Shown piece after piece: positions 8,855 to 18,227 of a DNA stretch of 64,000 bases. Where the stretch lies: contig JAUXSD010000344.1 of NCBI GenBank assembly GCA_030681525.1, forward strand, positions 1,342 through 65,341, given 5' to 3'. The DNA is from Solirubrobacteraceae bacterium (GTDB lineage: Bacteria; Actinomycetota; Thermoleophilia; Solirubrobacterales; Solirubrobacteraceae). The first letter of the stretch is position 1. Every line of letters begins with the position of its first letter. A program made the position numbers and the translations under genes. The notes under the pieces were generated by a model. It ran no database searches. It was given only the letters and a program-made list of their open reading frames with translations, and had not been told where the DNA came from.

Positions 8855-10728
8855 CGCGCCGCCTCTGCCTGCTGCCACAGCACGAAGCACAGCAGACCCC
8901 ACAGCGCGCGCGAGTGGTCGTCGCGCCGCGCGACGTGCTCGTCGAGCAGCCGCGTGACCGGCCCCGGGTCCAGCACGCCGGCCCGCGCGACCGCGTCCGG
9001 CGCCAGCAGGTCGCGAGCCATCGGCAGCAGCGGGCCGCGCAGCCACGCCGCCAGCGGGATCGAGAAGCCGCGCTTGGCGCCGCGCGCGACCTCGCGCGGC
9101 AGGAGCGTCGCCGCCACCGACCGCAGCAGCCGCTTCTTCGCCAGGAAGCGCACCTTCGCCGACGTCGGCAGCGCGAACGCCAGCTCCGCGACGTGCGGGT
9201 CGAGAAACGGCACGCGCACCTCCAGGGAGTGGGCCATGCTCATGCGGTCGGTCTTCGTCAGCAGGTCGTCGGCGAGGTACGGCGCGACGTCGACGTCCTG
9301 CAGCCGCGCGAGCGGCTCGGCGCCCGCGGTCTCGGCGTAGCGCGCCCGCAGCAGGTCGACGGGATCGGACGGCGCGCGCCCGTCATGCAGTGGCGCGAGC
9401 AGTTGCGCCCGCACCCCCGGCGCGAGGATCTCCTTCCAGCCGTGGTGGCGCTCCAACGGCGGCAGCCCGGCCGCCCGCACGAACCGCCGCGCCTTGTAGT
9501 CCAGGCTGACCCGCCGCGACGAGCTCGGGACCCGCTCGACGACCGGCCGGGCCACCCGCGCGACGCGGGCCAGCCGGGGCGCCAGCAGATCGGCCGCGTA
9601 GGTCTGGTAGCCGCCGAACAGCTCGTCGCCGCCCTCGCCGCTCAGCGCCACCTTCACGTGCTGCGCGGTCAGCCGCGACACCGCGTCGGACGGCAGCGCC
9701 GAGCTGTCGGCGTAGGGCTCGTCGAAGGCGGCAGCGATGGCCGGCAACAGCTCCGCGGCTTGCGGCCCGAGCACGGCCTCGTGGTGATCGGATCCCAGCC
9801 GCGACGCGACAAGCCGCGCGCGGTCGAGCTCGTCGAAGGACTTCTCCTCGAACCCGATCGAGAACGTCCGCAGCCGCTCTCCGGACTCCTGCGCGGCCAG
9901 CGCCGCCAGCAGGCCGCTGTCCACCCCGCCGCTCAGCCACACCCCGACCGGCACGTCGCTGACGAGGTGCGCGCGCACGCTGTCGCGCAGGCGGTCGGCC
10001 AGCTCGGCGGCCAGCTCGCGGTCGTTCTCCGTGCGCACCTCGCCGGCCGCCACCGGCGCGGGCCGGCACCAGCGCCGCAGCTCCACCGCACCGCCCGGCC
10101 GCCACGACAGCAGCGTCCCCGGCTCGAGCTTGCGCACGTCGCGGTAGATCGTCATCGGCGACGGGATGCTGTTGAACGCGAAGTACGCCTCGACGGCATC
10201 GGGGTCGAGCTCGCCGCGAAAGCCCGGCATGCCGCGCAACGCCTTCAGCTCCGAGGCAAACGACAGCACGCGGCCGGCCGCGCGCCAGTACAGCGGCTTG
10301 ATGCCGAAGCGGTCGCGCGCGAGCAGCAGCCGGCGCGAGCGCGCGTCCCAGATCGCGATCGCGAACATGCCGCGCAGCCGCTCGAGCATGTCCTCGCCGT
10401 GCTCCTCGTAGAGGTGCACGAGCACCTCGGTGTCACAGCGCGTGGCGAAGCGGTGGCCCGCGCGCTGCAGGTCGCGCCGCAGCGCCGCGTGGTTGAGGAT
10501 CTCGCCGTTCTGCACCGCGACGACGCGGCCGTCCTCGGAGGCGATGGGCTGGTGGCCGCCGGCGAGGTCGATGATCGCCAGCCGCCGCGCCGCCAGCGCC
10601 ACCGGCCCGTCCACCACCGAGCCCGCGTCGTCGGGTCCGCGGTGCACGAGCGCAGCGCTCATCGCCTCCAGCGGCGCCGCATCGACCGCGCCGCCGTCGA
10701 GCGCGGCGAGCCCGCAGATGCCGCAGAT
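8851..10728 (-). CDS. Asparagine synthase (glutamine-hydrolysing)-like amidotransferase, probable ATC start
   Basis: AsnB family layout (HRGPD, SGGVDSG PP-loop). The obligatory N-terminal nucleophile sequence (I)CGICGLAALDGG is in frame upstream of the first ATG and begins 3 nt after the TGA of the preceding gene. The only start-like codon there is ATC (10726-10728). Confidence 0.8.
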   Translation of the reverse strand: MCGICGLAALDGGAVDAAPLEAMSAALVHRGPDDAGSVVDGPVALAARRLAIIDLAGGHQPIASEDGRVVAVQNGEILNHAALRRDLQRAGHRFATRCDTEVLVHLYEEHGEDMLERLRGMFAIAIWDARSRRLLLARDRFGIKPLYWRAAGRVLSFASELKALRGMPGFRGELDPDAVEAYFAFNSIPSPMTIYRDVRKLEPGTLLSWRPGGAVELRRWCRPAPVAAGEVRTENDRELAAELADRLRDSVRAHLVSDVPVGVWLSGGVDSGLLAALAAQESGERLRTFSIGFEEKSFDELDRARLVASRLGSDHHEAVLGPQAAELLPAIAAAFDEPYADSSALPSDAVSRLTAQHVKVALSGEGGDELFGGYQTYAADLLAPRLARVARVARPVVERVPSSSRRVSLDYKARRFVRAAGLPPLERHHGWKEILAPGVRAQLLAPLHDGRAPSDPVDLLRARYAETAGAEPLARLQDVDVAPYLADDLLTKTDRMSMAHSLEVRVPFLDPHVAELAFALPTSAKVRFLAKKRLLRSVAATLLPREVARGAKRGFSIPLAAWLRGPLLPMARDLLAPDAVARAGVLDPGPVTRLLDEHVARRDDHSRALWGLLCFVLWQQAEAAR

Positions 10729-10731
10729 CGC

Positions 10732-11484
10732 TCAGCCCTCCGCAACAGCCGTGTGCGTGAGCTCCGCCCGCATCCGCGCCACCAGCCGCGCGACCGTCGA
10801 CACCACGATGCGCAGGTACAGGCGCGCGGAGCGGTCGGCGAGGTACTCGAGGTCGTGCGCGAGCTTCTCCGCCCACGTCGTGTCGCGCCGCATGCGCAGC
10901 TGCGCGAACCCCGTCAGCCCGGGCCGCACGACGAGGCGCTGCCAGTACTGCGGGATGTCGACGACGAGCTCCTCGAAGAACACCGGCCGGATCGGCCGCG
11001 GGCCCACGATCGACATGTCGCCGCGCAGGACGTTGACGAGCTGCGGCAGCTCGTCGAGCTGGGTCGCGCGCAGGACCCGGCCGACGCGCGTGTGCTCGCT
11101 CTCGGTCAGCCGGTCGAGCTCGACGTCCTGCAGGCCGCGCAGGCGATCCTCGGCATCGGGCCGCAGCGTGCGCAGCTTGTACATCGTGAACGTGTGCCCG
11201 GCGCGCCCGACGCGAAGGCCCCGGTACAGCGCCGGCGACCCGGACGTCAGCCGGATCGCCAGCGCGGCGACGGCCAGGACGGGGGCGGCGGGGACCAGCA
11301 GCGCGAGCGCCAGCACGACGTCGAGCGCGCGCAGCAGGCGGTCGACCGGCCGCGGGCGCAGCGCGGGGTCGCCGAGCGCCGCGTAGCGCGCGGCGAGGTC
11401 CTGGCTGAACTCGAGCTCGGCCGAGCGCCGCCGCTCGGAGCGGCCCTCCGGCTCGGGCAGCGTGCGCAGCAGCCGCGCGTTCAC
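10732..11484 (-). CDS. Undecaprenyl-phosphate sugar phosphotransferase (bacterial sugar transferase family)
   Basis: YKLRTLRPDAE and QLDELPQLVNVLRGDMSIVGPRP motifs, with an N-terminal TM. The GTG start overlaps the DUF354 stop (GTGA). Confidence 0.85.
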   Translation of the reverse strand: MNARLLRTLPEPEGRSERRRSAELEFSQDLAARYAALGDPALRPRPVDRLLRALDVVLALALLVPAAPVLAVAALAIRLTSGSPALYRGLRVGRAGHTFTMYKLRTLRPDAEDRLRGLQDVELDRLTESEHTRVGRVLRATQLDELPQLVNVLRGDMSIVGPRPIRPVFFEELVVDIPQYWQRLVVRPGLTGFAQLRMRRDTTWAEKLAHDLEYLADRSARLYLRIVVSTVARLVARMRAELTHTAVAEG

Positions 11485-12485
11485 GCGGCCTCGAGCATGA
11501 GGTCGACGAGCGTGTCGGGATCACGGCGGACGGTCGGCTCGCGGCGGTCGTGCTTGACGATCTCGATCGCCCGCACGTCGGTCGCCGGGCGCAGCGAGCC
11601 GTTGCGGATCAGCGCCTCGTCGACGGCGCCGAGCCGGCCCCCGTAGGTCGTGTAGACCGGCGTGCCGAGCGCGACGGCCTCGCGGTTCATCGTCCCGCCG
11701 GCCGAGATCACGAGGTCGGCGAGCGCGATCAGGCTCTGTCCGTCGATCGCTCCCTCGGGGACGATCACGCTGGGCAGCGCCATCCGGCGCAGCGCGTCAC
11801 GCTGGGCCTGGGTGCGCGGGATCACGACCGCGTGCACGCCGTCGTCATGGCCGATGTGCTCGAGCACCTGCATGTACAGCGGGTTGGAACGGCGGTGGTA
11901 CAGCGAGACGTCGGGCGGCGGCCGCACGACGACGACCGTGCGGCGGCCATCGACGCCGAGCCGGCCGAGCAGCCCGCGGTCGGGCGCGAAGTCGGCGAGG
12001 TAGTACTCCTCCTTGATGCCCGGGTAGTGGCGCAGGCGCTCGGCCGTGACGCCGTAGCGGCTGAGGCGCTCGAGCGGGATCGCCTCGGGCACGAGCACGC
12101 GCCGCGCCAGCCGGCAGCCGACGTTGTGCTGCAGGGTGGCCCACTCGTAGTCGAAGGTGTTGCAGGCGGGGACGCCGAGCATCCGCGCGACGAGCGCGAG
12201 GTCGTTGGAGCCGTGCGCGACCGCCAGCGACGGGCCGAAGCGGCGCACGCGGCGCAGCAGCCGCGCGGTGCGCCCGGCCAGCGAGCCGGCCTTGCGGGCC
12301 ATGCCCGCGCCGCCGTGGGCGCCCACGACCGTCGGCTCGATCCCGTGCAGCCGGCAGAGGTCGAGCGTCTGCGCGTAGTCGCGCGCCGTCACGAGCACCT
12401 CGTGGCCGCGGGCCCGCAGCCGCGCGAGCAGCGGCCGGAAGACGACCGGATGGGCTGGGGCTGTGAGGTCGATCCAGATCCGCAT
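11481..12485 (-). CDS. DUF354-family protein (predicted glycosyltransferase/epimerase-like fold)
   Basis: Starts MRIWIDLTAPAHPVVFRPLL at an internal ATG. The 229 upstream codons of the listed 563-aa ORF are low-complexity and lie antisense to wecA. First gene of a four-gene translationally coupled unit. Confidence 0.7.
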   Translation of the reverse strand: MRIWIDLTAPAHPVVFRPLLARLRARGHEVLVTARDYAQTLDLCRLHGIEPTVVGAHGGAGMARKAGSLAGRTARLLRRVRRFGPSLAVAHGSNDLALVARMLGVPACNTFDYEWATLQHNVGCRLARRVLVPEAIPLERLSRYGVTAERLRHYPGIKEEYYLADFAPDRGLLGRLGVDGRRTVVVVRPPPDVSLYHRRSNPLYMQVLEHIGHDDGVHAVVIPRTQAQRDALRRMALPSVIVPEGAIDGQSLIALADLVISAGGTMNREAVALGTPVYTTYGGRLGAVDEALIRNGSLRPATDVRAIEIVKHDRREPTVRRDPDTLVDLMLEAA

Positions 12486-12582
12486 TGACGTGTGCCCATC
12501 CTGGCGCGACCGGCACCCTCCCGGCTGACGCGCGGGTGCGACAGTCTCGCAGGCGGGGCGTCGGCCCGCCGCTGCGGATGGG

Positions 12583-13797
12583 ATGCTGTCGGCGATGCCG
12601 CCAACGACCTGGGACGCAGTCGCGGCCGCCGCGGTCGCGGCACTCGTGGTCGTCTGCCTGACGCCGATCTCCAACCGCCTCGCCCGCCGCATCGGCGCGG
12701 TGGACGAGCCGCGCGCGCGGGGGCTGTCGGAGCGCCCGATGCCGCGCCTGGGCGGCGTCGCGATCTTCGCGGGGGTCCTCGTGGGCGCGCTGCTGTTCCT
12801 GCCGCTCGACGGTCGCTTCGGGGCGATCGTCGCCGGCGCCGCCGTCATCACGATCGTCGGCGCGGTCGACGACATCTTCGAGCTGAGCGCGCCCGTCAAG
12901 CTGGCCGGCCAGGTCGTCGCGGCGCTCATCCCGGTGCTCGACGGGGTGCAGGTCGAGAGCTTCACCCTGCCGCTGCTGGGCCGCGTCGAGCTCGGCGACA
13001 GCACCGGCATCCCGCTGACGGTCCTGGGGATCGTGCTGATCATGAACGTCGTCAACTTCTCCGACGGCATCGACGGGCTGGCGGCCGGCGTCTGCGCGAT
13101 CGCCGCGGCGGCGTTCGTCGTCATCTCGTTCGACCTCGAGCGCGCGAACGCGGCGGTCCTGTCGGCGATCATCGCCGGCGCCGCACTCGGCTTCCTCGTC
13201 TACAACTTCCACCCCGCCACGGTGTTCATGGGCGACTGCGGCTCGAACCTGCTCGGGCTGCTGCTCGCCTGCGTGGCCGTCGAGGGCACGCTCAAGACGC
13301 AGTCGTTGATCGCCCTCGTGCTGCCGCTGGTCATCCTCGCCGTGCCGTTTCTCGACACGACGTTCGTGGTGCTCAAGCGGCTGAAGTACAAGCGGCCCGT
13401 CTACCAGGCCGATCGCGAGCACTTCCATCACCGCATGGATCGCATCGGCTTCTCCGCGCGGCGCACGGTCCTGTACCTCTACGCGTGGACGCTGATGCTG
13501 GCGGGGCTCGCGATCGCGCTGCGCTTCGTCCCGTACTCCGACAACTCCGGCCGCCTGCACGCCGGCTGGGCGAGCGTCATGGCGCTGCTCGGGGTCATGG
13601 CGCTGATCGCGTCCGTCTATCTCGTCTACGTGCTGGAGATCCTGAAGTTCAAGCGGCTGGACGCGATGCGCCTGCGGCGCATCAGGCCCGACGCGACCGA
13701 GGAGGAGATCGACGCCGACGTCGCCCTGCGCATGGAGACCGGCGAGTTCGACGCGGTCCGCCGCGAGACGGAGGAGTTCGAGCGCCTGCAGACCTAG
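12583..13797 (+). CDS. wecA: UDP-GlcNAc:undecaprenyl-phosphate GlcNAc-1-phosphate transferase (WecA/Rfe, MraY-like)
   Basis: NVVNFSDGIDGLAAG and VDDIFELS motifs and about 10 TM segments. Same relative position as rfe between the prfA cluster and the atp operon in mycobacteria. Confidence 0.85.
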   Translation: MLSAMPPTTWDAVAAAAVAALVVVCLTPISNRLARRIGAVDEPRARGLSERPMPRLGGVAIFAGVLVGALLFLPLDGRFGAIVAGAAVITIVGAVDDIFELSAPVKLAGQVVAALIPVLDGVQVESFTLPLLGRVELGDSTGIPLTVLGIVLIMNVVNFSDGIDGLAAGVCAIAAAAFVVISFDLERANAAVLSAIIAGAALGFLVYNFHPATVFMGDCGSNLLGLLLACVAVEGTLKTQSLIALVLPLVILAVPFLDTTFVVLKRLKYKRPVYQADREHFHHRMDRIGFSARRTVLYLYAWTLMLAGLAIALRFVPYSDNSGRLHAGWASVMALLGVMALIASVYLVYVLEILKFKRLDAMRLRRIRPDATEEEIDADVALRMETGEFDAVRRETEEFERLQT

Positions 13798-13817
13798 ATG
13801 GTCGTGGAGTCAATCAT

Positions 13818-14492
13818 CTAGCCCGAGGCGGAGACACCGTAGACCGTCGCCGTCCAGATGCGCACGAGCGCGCGGACGAGGTCCTCGCCGCCGACGGGGT
13901 CCGCCCGGGCGAGCGCCTGGTACAGCGCGCGCTCGGTCATCCACACCAGCGAGAACGCGACGGCGTGCGGTGCGAGCGCGCCGTCGGCGCGACCGGCCTC
14001 GATCTCGGCGGCGATCCGCTCGGCGCTGGCGTCCACGAAGCGCCCGACCAGCGCGCGCCAGAACGGCCCGACGACCTCGTCGTAGGCCGCCACCTCGACG
14101 ATCGCGCAGACGAGCGGGCTGTGCGCGCGGTACAGCGCGGCGATCTTGCCCACGGCCGCCGTGAGCTGCTCGGAGCCGTCGCCCGCGCCCGACCACCAGG
14201 CGTCGGCCTCGCGGTAGAACTCGTCGGAGAGCTCGGAGGCCAGCCGCATGAGCAGCTCGCGCTTGTCGGCGAAGTAGAAGTAGAACGCGGTCCGCGAGAT
14301 GCCGGCCCGGGTGGCGATCCGCTCGACGCTCAGGGCGGCGTACGGCGTGCCCTCTCCGAGCAGCTCCTCCATTGCCGACAGGACCGCCGTCTCGGTCGCC
14401 TGGCGCTTCTCCGAGGGCGCCTCCGGTCGGCGCGACAGCGTCTGCACGTCGGTCACATCGGTCAGCCTACGCTGCGGCGGCGCGAGGGGCAT
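13818..14492 (-). CDS. TetR-family transcriptional regulator (start uncertain: ATG 14492, GTG 14456 or 14447)
   Basis: HTH region LSVERIATRAGISRTAFYFYFADKRELL. The listed start at 14531 would overlap the divergent cupin gene. Confidence 0.8.
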   Translation of the reverse strand: MPLAPPQRRLTDVTDVQTLSRRPEAPSEKRQATETAVLSAMEELLGEGTPYAALSVERIATRAGISRTAFYFYFADKRELLMRLASELSDEFYREADAWWSGAGDGSEQLTAAVGKIAALYRAHSPLVCAIVEVAAYDEVVGPFWRALVGRFVDASAERIAAEIEAGRADGALAPHAVAFSLVWMTERALYQALARADPVGGEDLVRALVRIWTATVYGVSASG

Positions 14493-14518
14493 CCACCGCC
14501 CACTACCGTTGTGCGGCG

Positions 14519-14884
14519 ATGCACGTCTCACACCTCGACGACGCCGAGGCCTTCGTGACGCTCGACGGCTCGACGATCCGCGAACTGGCCGGGCGGGTGT
14601 CGCTGCCGGCCGAGCACCAGTCGCTCGCCGAGGCGACGGTCCCGGTCGGCGGGGCGACCGCCGAGCACTATCACCGCGTCAGCGAGGAGCTGTACTTCTT
14701 CACCGCGGGAAGCGGGCTTCTGCGCGTCGGCGACGAGACGCGTGAGGTGCGCGCGGGGGAATGCGTCGTGATCGCGCCGGGCGCGGTCCACAAGCTCACG
14801 AACACCGGCGACGCGCCGCTGACGCTGCTGTGCTGCTGCGCGCCCGCCTACAGCAACGACGACACCGTCCTGACCGGCGGCTGA
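14519..14884 (+). CDS. Cupin-domain protein
   Basis: EHYHRVSEELYFFTAGSGLLRVGDE...VVIAPGAVHKLTN. Divergent from the TetR gene. Confidence 0.75.
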   Translation: MHVSHLDDAEAFVTLDGSTIRELAGRVSLPAEHQSLAEATVPVGGATAEHYHRVSEELYFFTAGSGLLRVGDETREVRAGECVVIAPGAVHKLTNTGDAPLTLLCCCAPAYSNDDTVLTGG

Positions 14885-14889
14885 GCGGT

Positions 14890-15870
14890 ATGCGCGCGGC
14901 TCGTCTGCCCGCCCTCGTGGCCGTCCTCGTGATGACCGCGACGGCATGCGCGGTCGCGCCGGCCCGCGCCGACGCGATGATGGACGTCCCGCAGTGGACC
15001 GGCGTCGAGATCGGCATCGCCGACCAGAAACCCAACATGTTCGTCGACCCGCGCTTCACCGAGCTGGGGATCCGGCACGCCCGTCTCGCCGTCGGCTGGG
15101 ACGTGCTGACGGACCGGCGCTCCGCCGAGGAGCTCGACACGTGGCTGGCCCACGCGCAGCAGCTCGGCGTCGAGCCGCTCATCTCGTTCATGCACTCGCG
15201 CGGCGCCAACCGCCGCGCGCTGCCGTCGCCGCTACGCATGCGGCGCGAGTTTCGCCGCCTGCGAAAGCTCTATCCGTGGGTCACGACGTACGCGACCTGG
15301 AACGAGGCCAACCACTGCGGCGAGCCGCTGTGTCACCGGCCGAAGACCGCCGCGGCCTACTACCGCGCTCTGCGCCGCGAGTGCCCGAGCTGCACGATCC
15401 TCGCCCCCGAGGTGCTCGACATGCCCAACATGACCAAGTGGGTGCGCCAGTTCTCGCGCTGGCTGGGCTTCACGCCGCGGCTCTGGGGGCTGCACAACTA
15501 CGTCGAGGCCAACCGCTTCAGGACCTCGCGCCTGCGCCAGCTCGTGCGCGCCACGTATGGCGCCGAGATCTGGCTGACCGAGGTCGGCGGCCTCGTGCGG
15601 CGCGACAACAACAGCCGCACGAAGATCCCCGAGGGGTCCAGCCACGCCGGCCGGGTGACGCGCTTCATCTTCGACGACGTCGTCCAGCGCAACCCCGAGA
15701 TCGCGCGCGTCTACATCTACCACTGGAACTCCTCGTCACGGCGCGACACGTGGGACTCCGCGCTGATCGCGCCCGGCGGGCGGGAGCGCACCGCCCTGCG
15801 CGTGCTCTCCCGCGTGCTGCGCTTCGGGCCGCGACCGCTGGACAGCTCGCCTACGCCGTCCGCCCGCTAG
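14890..15870 (+). CDS. Secreted protein, probable clan GH-A (TIM-barrel) glycoside hydrolase-like
   Basis: Signal peptide MRAARLPALVAVLVMTATACAVAPARA. YATWNEANH (acid/base NE-type motif) and IWLTEVGG (nucleophile TE.G-type motif). The family assignment is an inference. Confidence 0.55.
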   Translation: MRAARLPALVAVLVMTATACAVAPARADAMMDVPQWTGVEIGIADQKPNMFVDPRFTELGIRHARLAVGWDVLTDRRSAEELDTWLAHAQQLGVEPLISFMHSRGANRRALPSPLRMRREFRRLRKLYPWVTTYATWNEANHCGEPLCHRPKTAAAYYRALRRECPSCTILAPEVLDMPNMTKWVRQFSRWLGFTPRLWGLHNYVEANRFRTSRLRQLVRATYGAEIWLTEVGGLVRRDNNSRTKIPEGSSHAGRVTRFIFDDVVQRNPEIARVYIYHWNSSSRRDTWDSALIAPGGRERTALRVLSRVLRFGPRPLDSSPTPSAR

Positions 15871-15901
15871 CGCCGGCCGGCGCCGGGCACGAGCACGTGC
15901 G

Positions 15902-17215
15902 ATGACGGTCCGCCTGCTCGTCGCCTGGCTCGGGCTGAGCGCTGCGGCGCTCGCCGCGCTCGCGGCATGGCAGGGCCTGGCCTACTGGGAGTACTCCGAC
16001 GGCGTCTACGCGCTGAGCGCGCGCCAGCTGCTCGACGGCCAGGCGCTGTACCGCGACTTCGCCGGGGCTCAGCCGCCGCCGCTGTACCTGCTCGGCGCCG
16101 CCGCGCTGGCCCTGAGCGACTCGCCGGCCGCGATCCGCGGGGTCATGGCGCTGTGCGAGGCGGCGACGTCGCTGCTCGTGCTCGTCGCCGTCCTGCGCCT
16201 GACGCAGCGGCCCGGGATCGCGCTGGGCGCCGCGCTGGCGTGCCTCGTGACGCCATGGGCGCTGCGCGAGCACGCCCAGCTGCTGCCCGAGACGGTCGCC
16301 GCACCGCTGCTGATGGGCGCCGCGCTGGCGGCGGGCCGCCGCGGCGGGGCGATCGCCGCGGGCGTCCTCGGCGCGGTCGCCGTGTCGTGCAAGGTCGCCT
16401 TCGCGCTGCCGGCGCTGGCCGTCGTGCTCGCCGCGCGCGAACGGCGCCGCGCGCTGTCGGGCTTCGCGGCGGCGGGCGCGATCCTCGCGCTCGCGTTCCT
16501 GCTCGTGTTCGGCGAGCCGCTGTGGTCGAACGTCGTCGCCGCCCAGGCGCAGACCGGAATCGCGGCGCTGAGCTACGTCGGCGGCCTGTGGGCGCAGGCG
16601 GGCTGGAACCTCGCGGGGCTGCTGGTCCTCGCCGCGCTGGCGTGGCCGCAGCGCGCCGCGCTCGCCGACGCCGATCTGGCGCGCAGCCTGCTTGCGCTGG
16701 CGCTCGGCTCGCTGCTGCTGCTCGGCACGCTGCTCAAGCACGGCAGCTACCTGACGGTGCTCGTCGTCGCCGAGCCGCCGCTGCTGTGCCTCGCGGCGTG
16801 CGCGATCGCGGCCATCGCCGGCGCCCCCGGGGCGCAGCGCCGCACCCGCGCCTGGCGGGCGCGGGCGGTCGCCGCCACGGCGGCGGTGGCGCTGCTCGTG
16901 GCCCAGGGCCTGTCGCTGATCGTCGCGCCCGCCGACCCCGTCCTGTTCACCCGCCCGCTCGCGGCATCGGGACCGGCCCGCGTCATGTCCGACGCCGAGG
17001 TCGCGCGCGCCGCCGCCGCGATCCGCCGCTGCCCCGCCGGCTCGCGGTACGGGGGACCGCCGTACCTCGCCTTCGTCGCCGGTCGCGACATCGCCGGCCG
17101 GCAGCCCGACCAGTTCATGATCCACAACGCCGCGAACCTCGAGCGCTTTCGCCGCGCCGTGCAGGGCGATCACGCCGTCTGCGCGAGCGCGCCCGCGGCG
17201 CCTGCGACGCGCTGA
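15902..17215 (+). CDS. Polytopic membrane protein, GT-C-like (ArnT/PMT-type glycosyltransferase-like)
   Basis: 437 aa with at least 10 hydrophobic segments, an early YSDGVYALSARQLLDG..LYRDF loop and a soluble C-terminal tail. Function inferred only from topology and context. Confidence 0.5.
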   Translation: MTVRLLVAWLGLSAAALAALAAWQGLAYWEYSDGVYALSARQLLDGQALYRDFAGAQPPPLYLLGAAALALSDSPAAIRGVMALCEAATSLLVLVAVLRLTQRPGIALGAALACLVTPWALREHAQLLPETVAAPLLMGAALAAGRRGGAIAAGVLGAVAVSCKVAFALPALAVVLAARERRRALSGFAAAGAILALAFLLVFGEPLWSNVVAAQAQTGIAALSYVGGLWAQAGWNLAGLLVLAALAWPQRAALADADLARSLLALALGSLLLLGTLLKHGSYLTVLVVAEPPLLCLAACAIAAIAGAPGAQRRTRAWRARAVAATAAVALLVAQGLSLIVAPADPVLFTRPLAASGPARVMSDAEVARAAAAIRRCPAGSRYGGPPYLAFVAGRDIAGRQPDQFMIHNAANLERFRRAVQGDHAVCASAPAAPATR

Positions 17216-17246
17216 GCGGCGCCGGGCCCGGAGGTAGGCTCACCGC

Positions 17247-18215
17247 GTGATCCTCGACTGCGCGCACTACCGGGACGGCGCCCGCCAGAACGAGGGTCCG
17301 CTGGCCATCGCAGAGGCCGCCGAGCGCGCTCGCGAGGACGGCTTCGTCTGGCTGGGCCTGCACGATCCCGAGGATGGCGAGCTGACCGAGGTCGCGGCGC
17401 GGTTCGACCTGCCGCCGCTCGCCGTCGAGGATGCCCTGAAGGCCCACCAGCGCCCGAAGCTCGAGGACTACGAGGACGGCTACTTCCTCGTGTTGCACAC
17501 CGCCCGCTACCTCGACGACGTCGAGGAGGTCGAGTTCGGCCAGGTCCACGTCTTCGCGGGCCGGGGGTTCGTGATCGTCGTCCGCCACGGCGCCGCCAGC
17601 GAGCTGGGCTCCGCGCGCGAGCGCCTCGAGGCCCGGCCCGAGCTGCTGCGCGAGGGCCCGGCGGCCGCGGTGTGGGCGATCATGGACAAGATCGTCGACG
17701 ACTACGAGCCGGTGATGGCCGGGATCGAGAACGACGTCGAGGAGGTCGAGGTCGATGTCTTCGGCGAGCGCAGCGACGAGACCAGGCGCATCTACTTCCT
17801 GCGCCGCGAGCTGGCCGAGTTCTACCGCGCGGTGCACCCGCTGCTGGGGCCGCTGGACCTGCTCGTCTCGGCCAAGCGCCCGGACGCGTCGCCGCTGCTG
17901 CGTGAGCACATGCGCGACGTCAGCGACCACGTCAAGCGCGTCGAGGAGGCCATCACCACCCAGCGCGAGCTGCTGACGAGCGTGCTGCAGGCCAACCTCG
18001 CCGTGATCTCCGTGCGCCAGAACGACGTCGTCAAGCGGATCTCCGGCTGGGCGGCGATCATCACCGTCCCGACGCTCATCGCGAGCATCTACGGGATGAA
18101 CTTCGACCACATGCCCGAGCTGCACTGGGTCGCCGGATACCCGCTGGCGCTGGCGACGATGGTGGTCGCGGGATTCGCGCTGCACCGCTCCCTGCGCCGA
18201 GCCGGCTGGCTGTAG
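17247..18215 (+). CDS. corA: Magnesium/cobalt transporter CorA
   Basis: YGMNF signature (ASIYGMNFDHMPEL) followed by the last TM. Typical length. Confidence 0.9.
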   Translation: MILDCAHYRDGARQNEGPLAIAEAAERAREDGFVWLGLHDPEDGELTEVAARFDLPPLAVEDALKAHQRPKLEDYEDGYFLVLHTARYLDDVEEVEFGQVHVFAGRGFVIVVRHGAASELGSARERLEARPELLREGPAAAVWAIMDKIVDDYEPVMAGIENDVEEVEVDVFGERSDETRRIYFLRRELAEFYRAVHPLLGPLDLLVSAKRPDASPLLREHMRDVSDHVKRVEEAITTQRELLTSVLQANLAVISVRQNDVVKRISGWAAIITVPTLIASIYGMNFDHMPELHWVAGYPLALATMVVAGFALHRSLRRAGWL

Positions 18216-18227
18216 CAAGATCCCGCG

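Noticed and set aside
17216-17246. Mg2+ riboswitch upstream of corA.
   Set aside because: The spacer is only 31 nt, far too short for an M-box.
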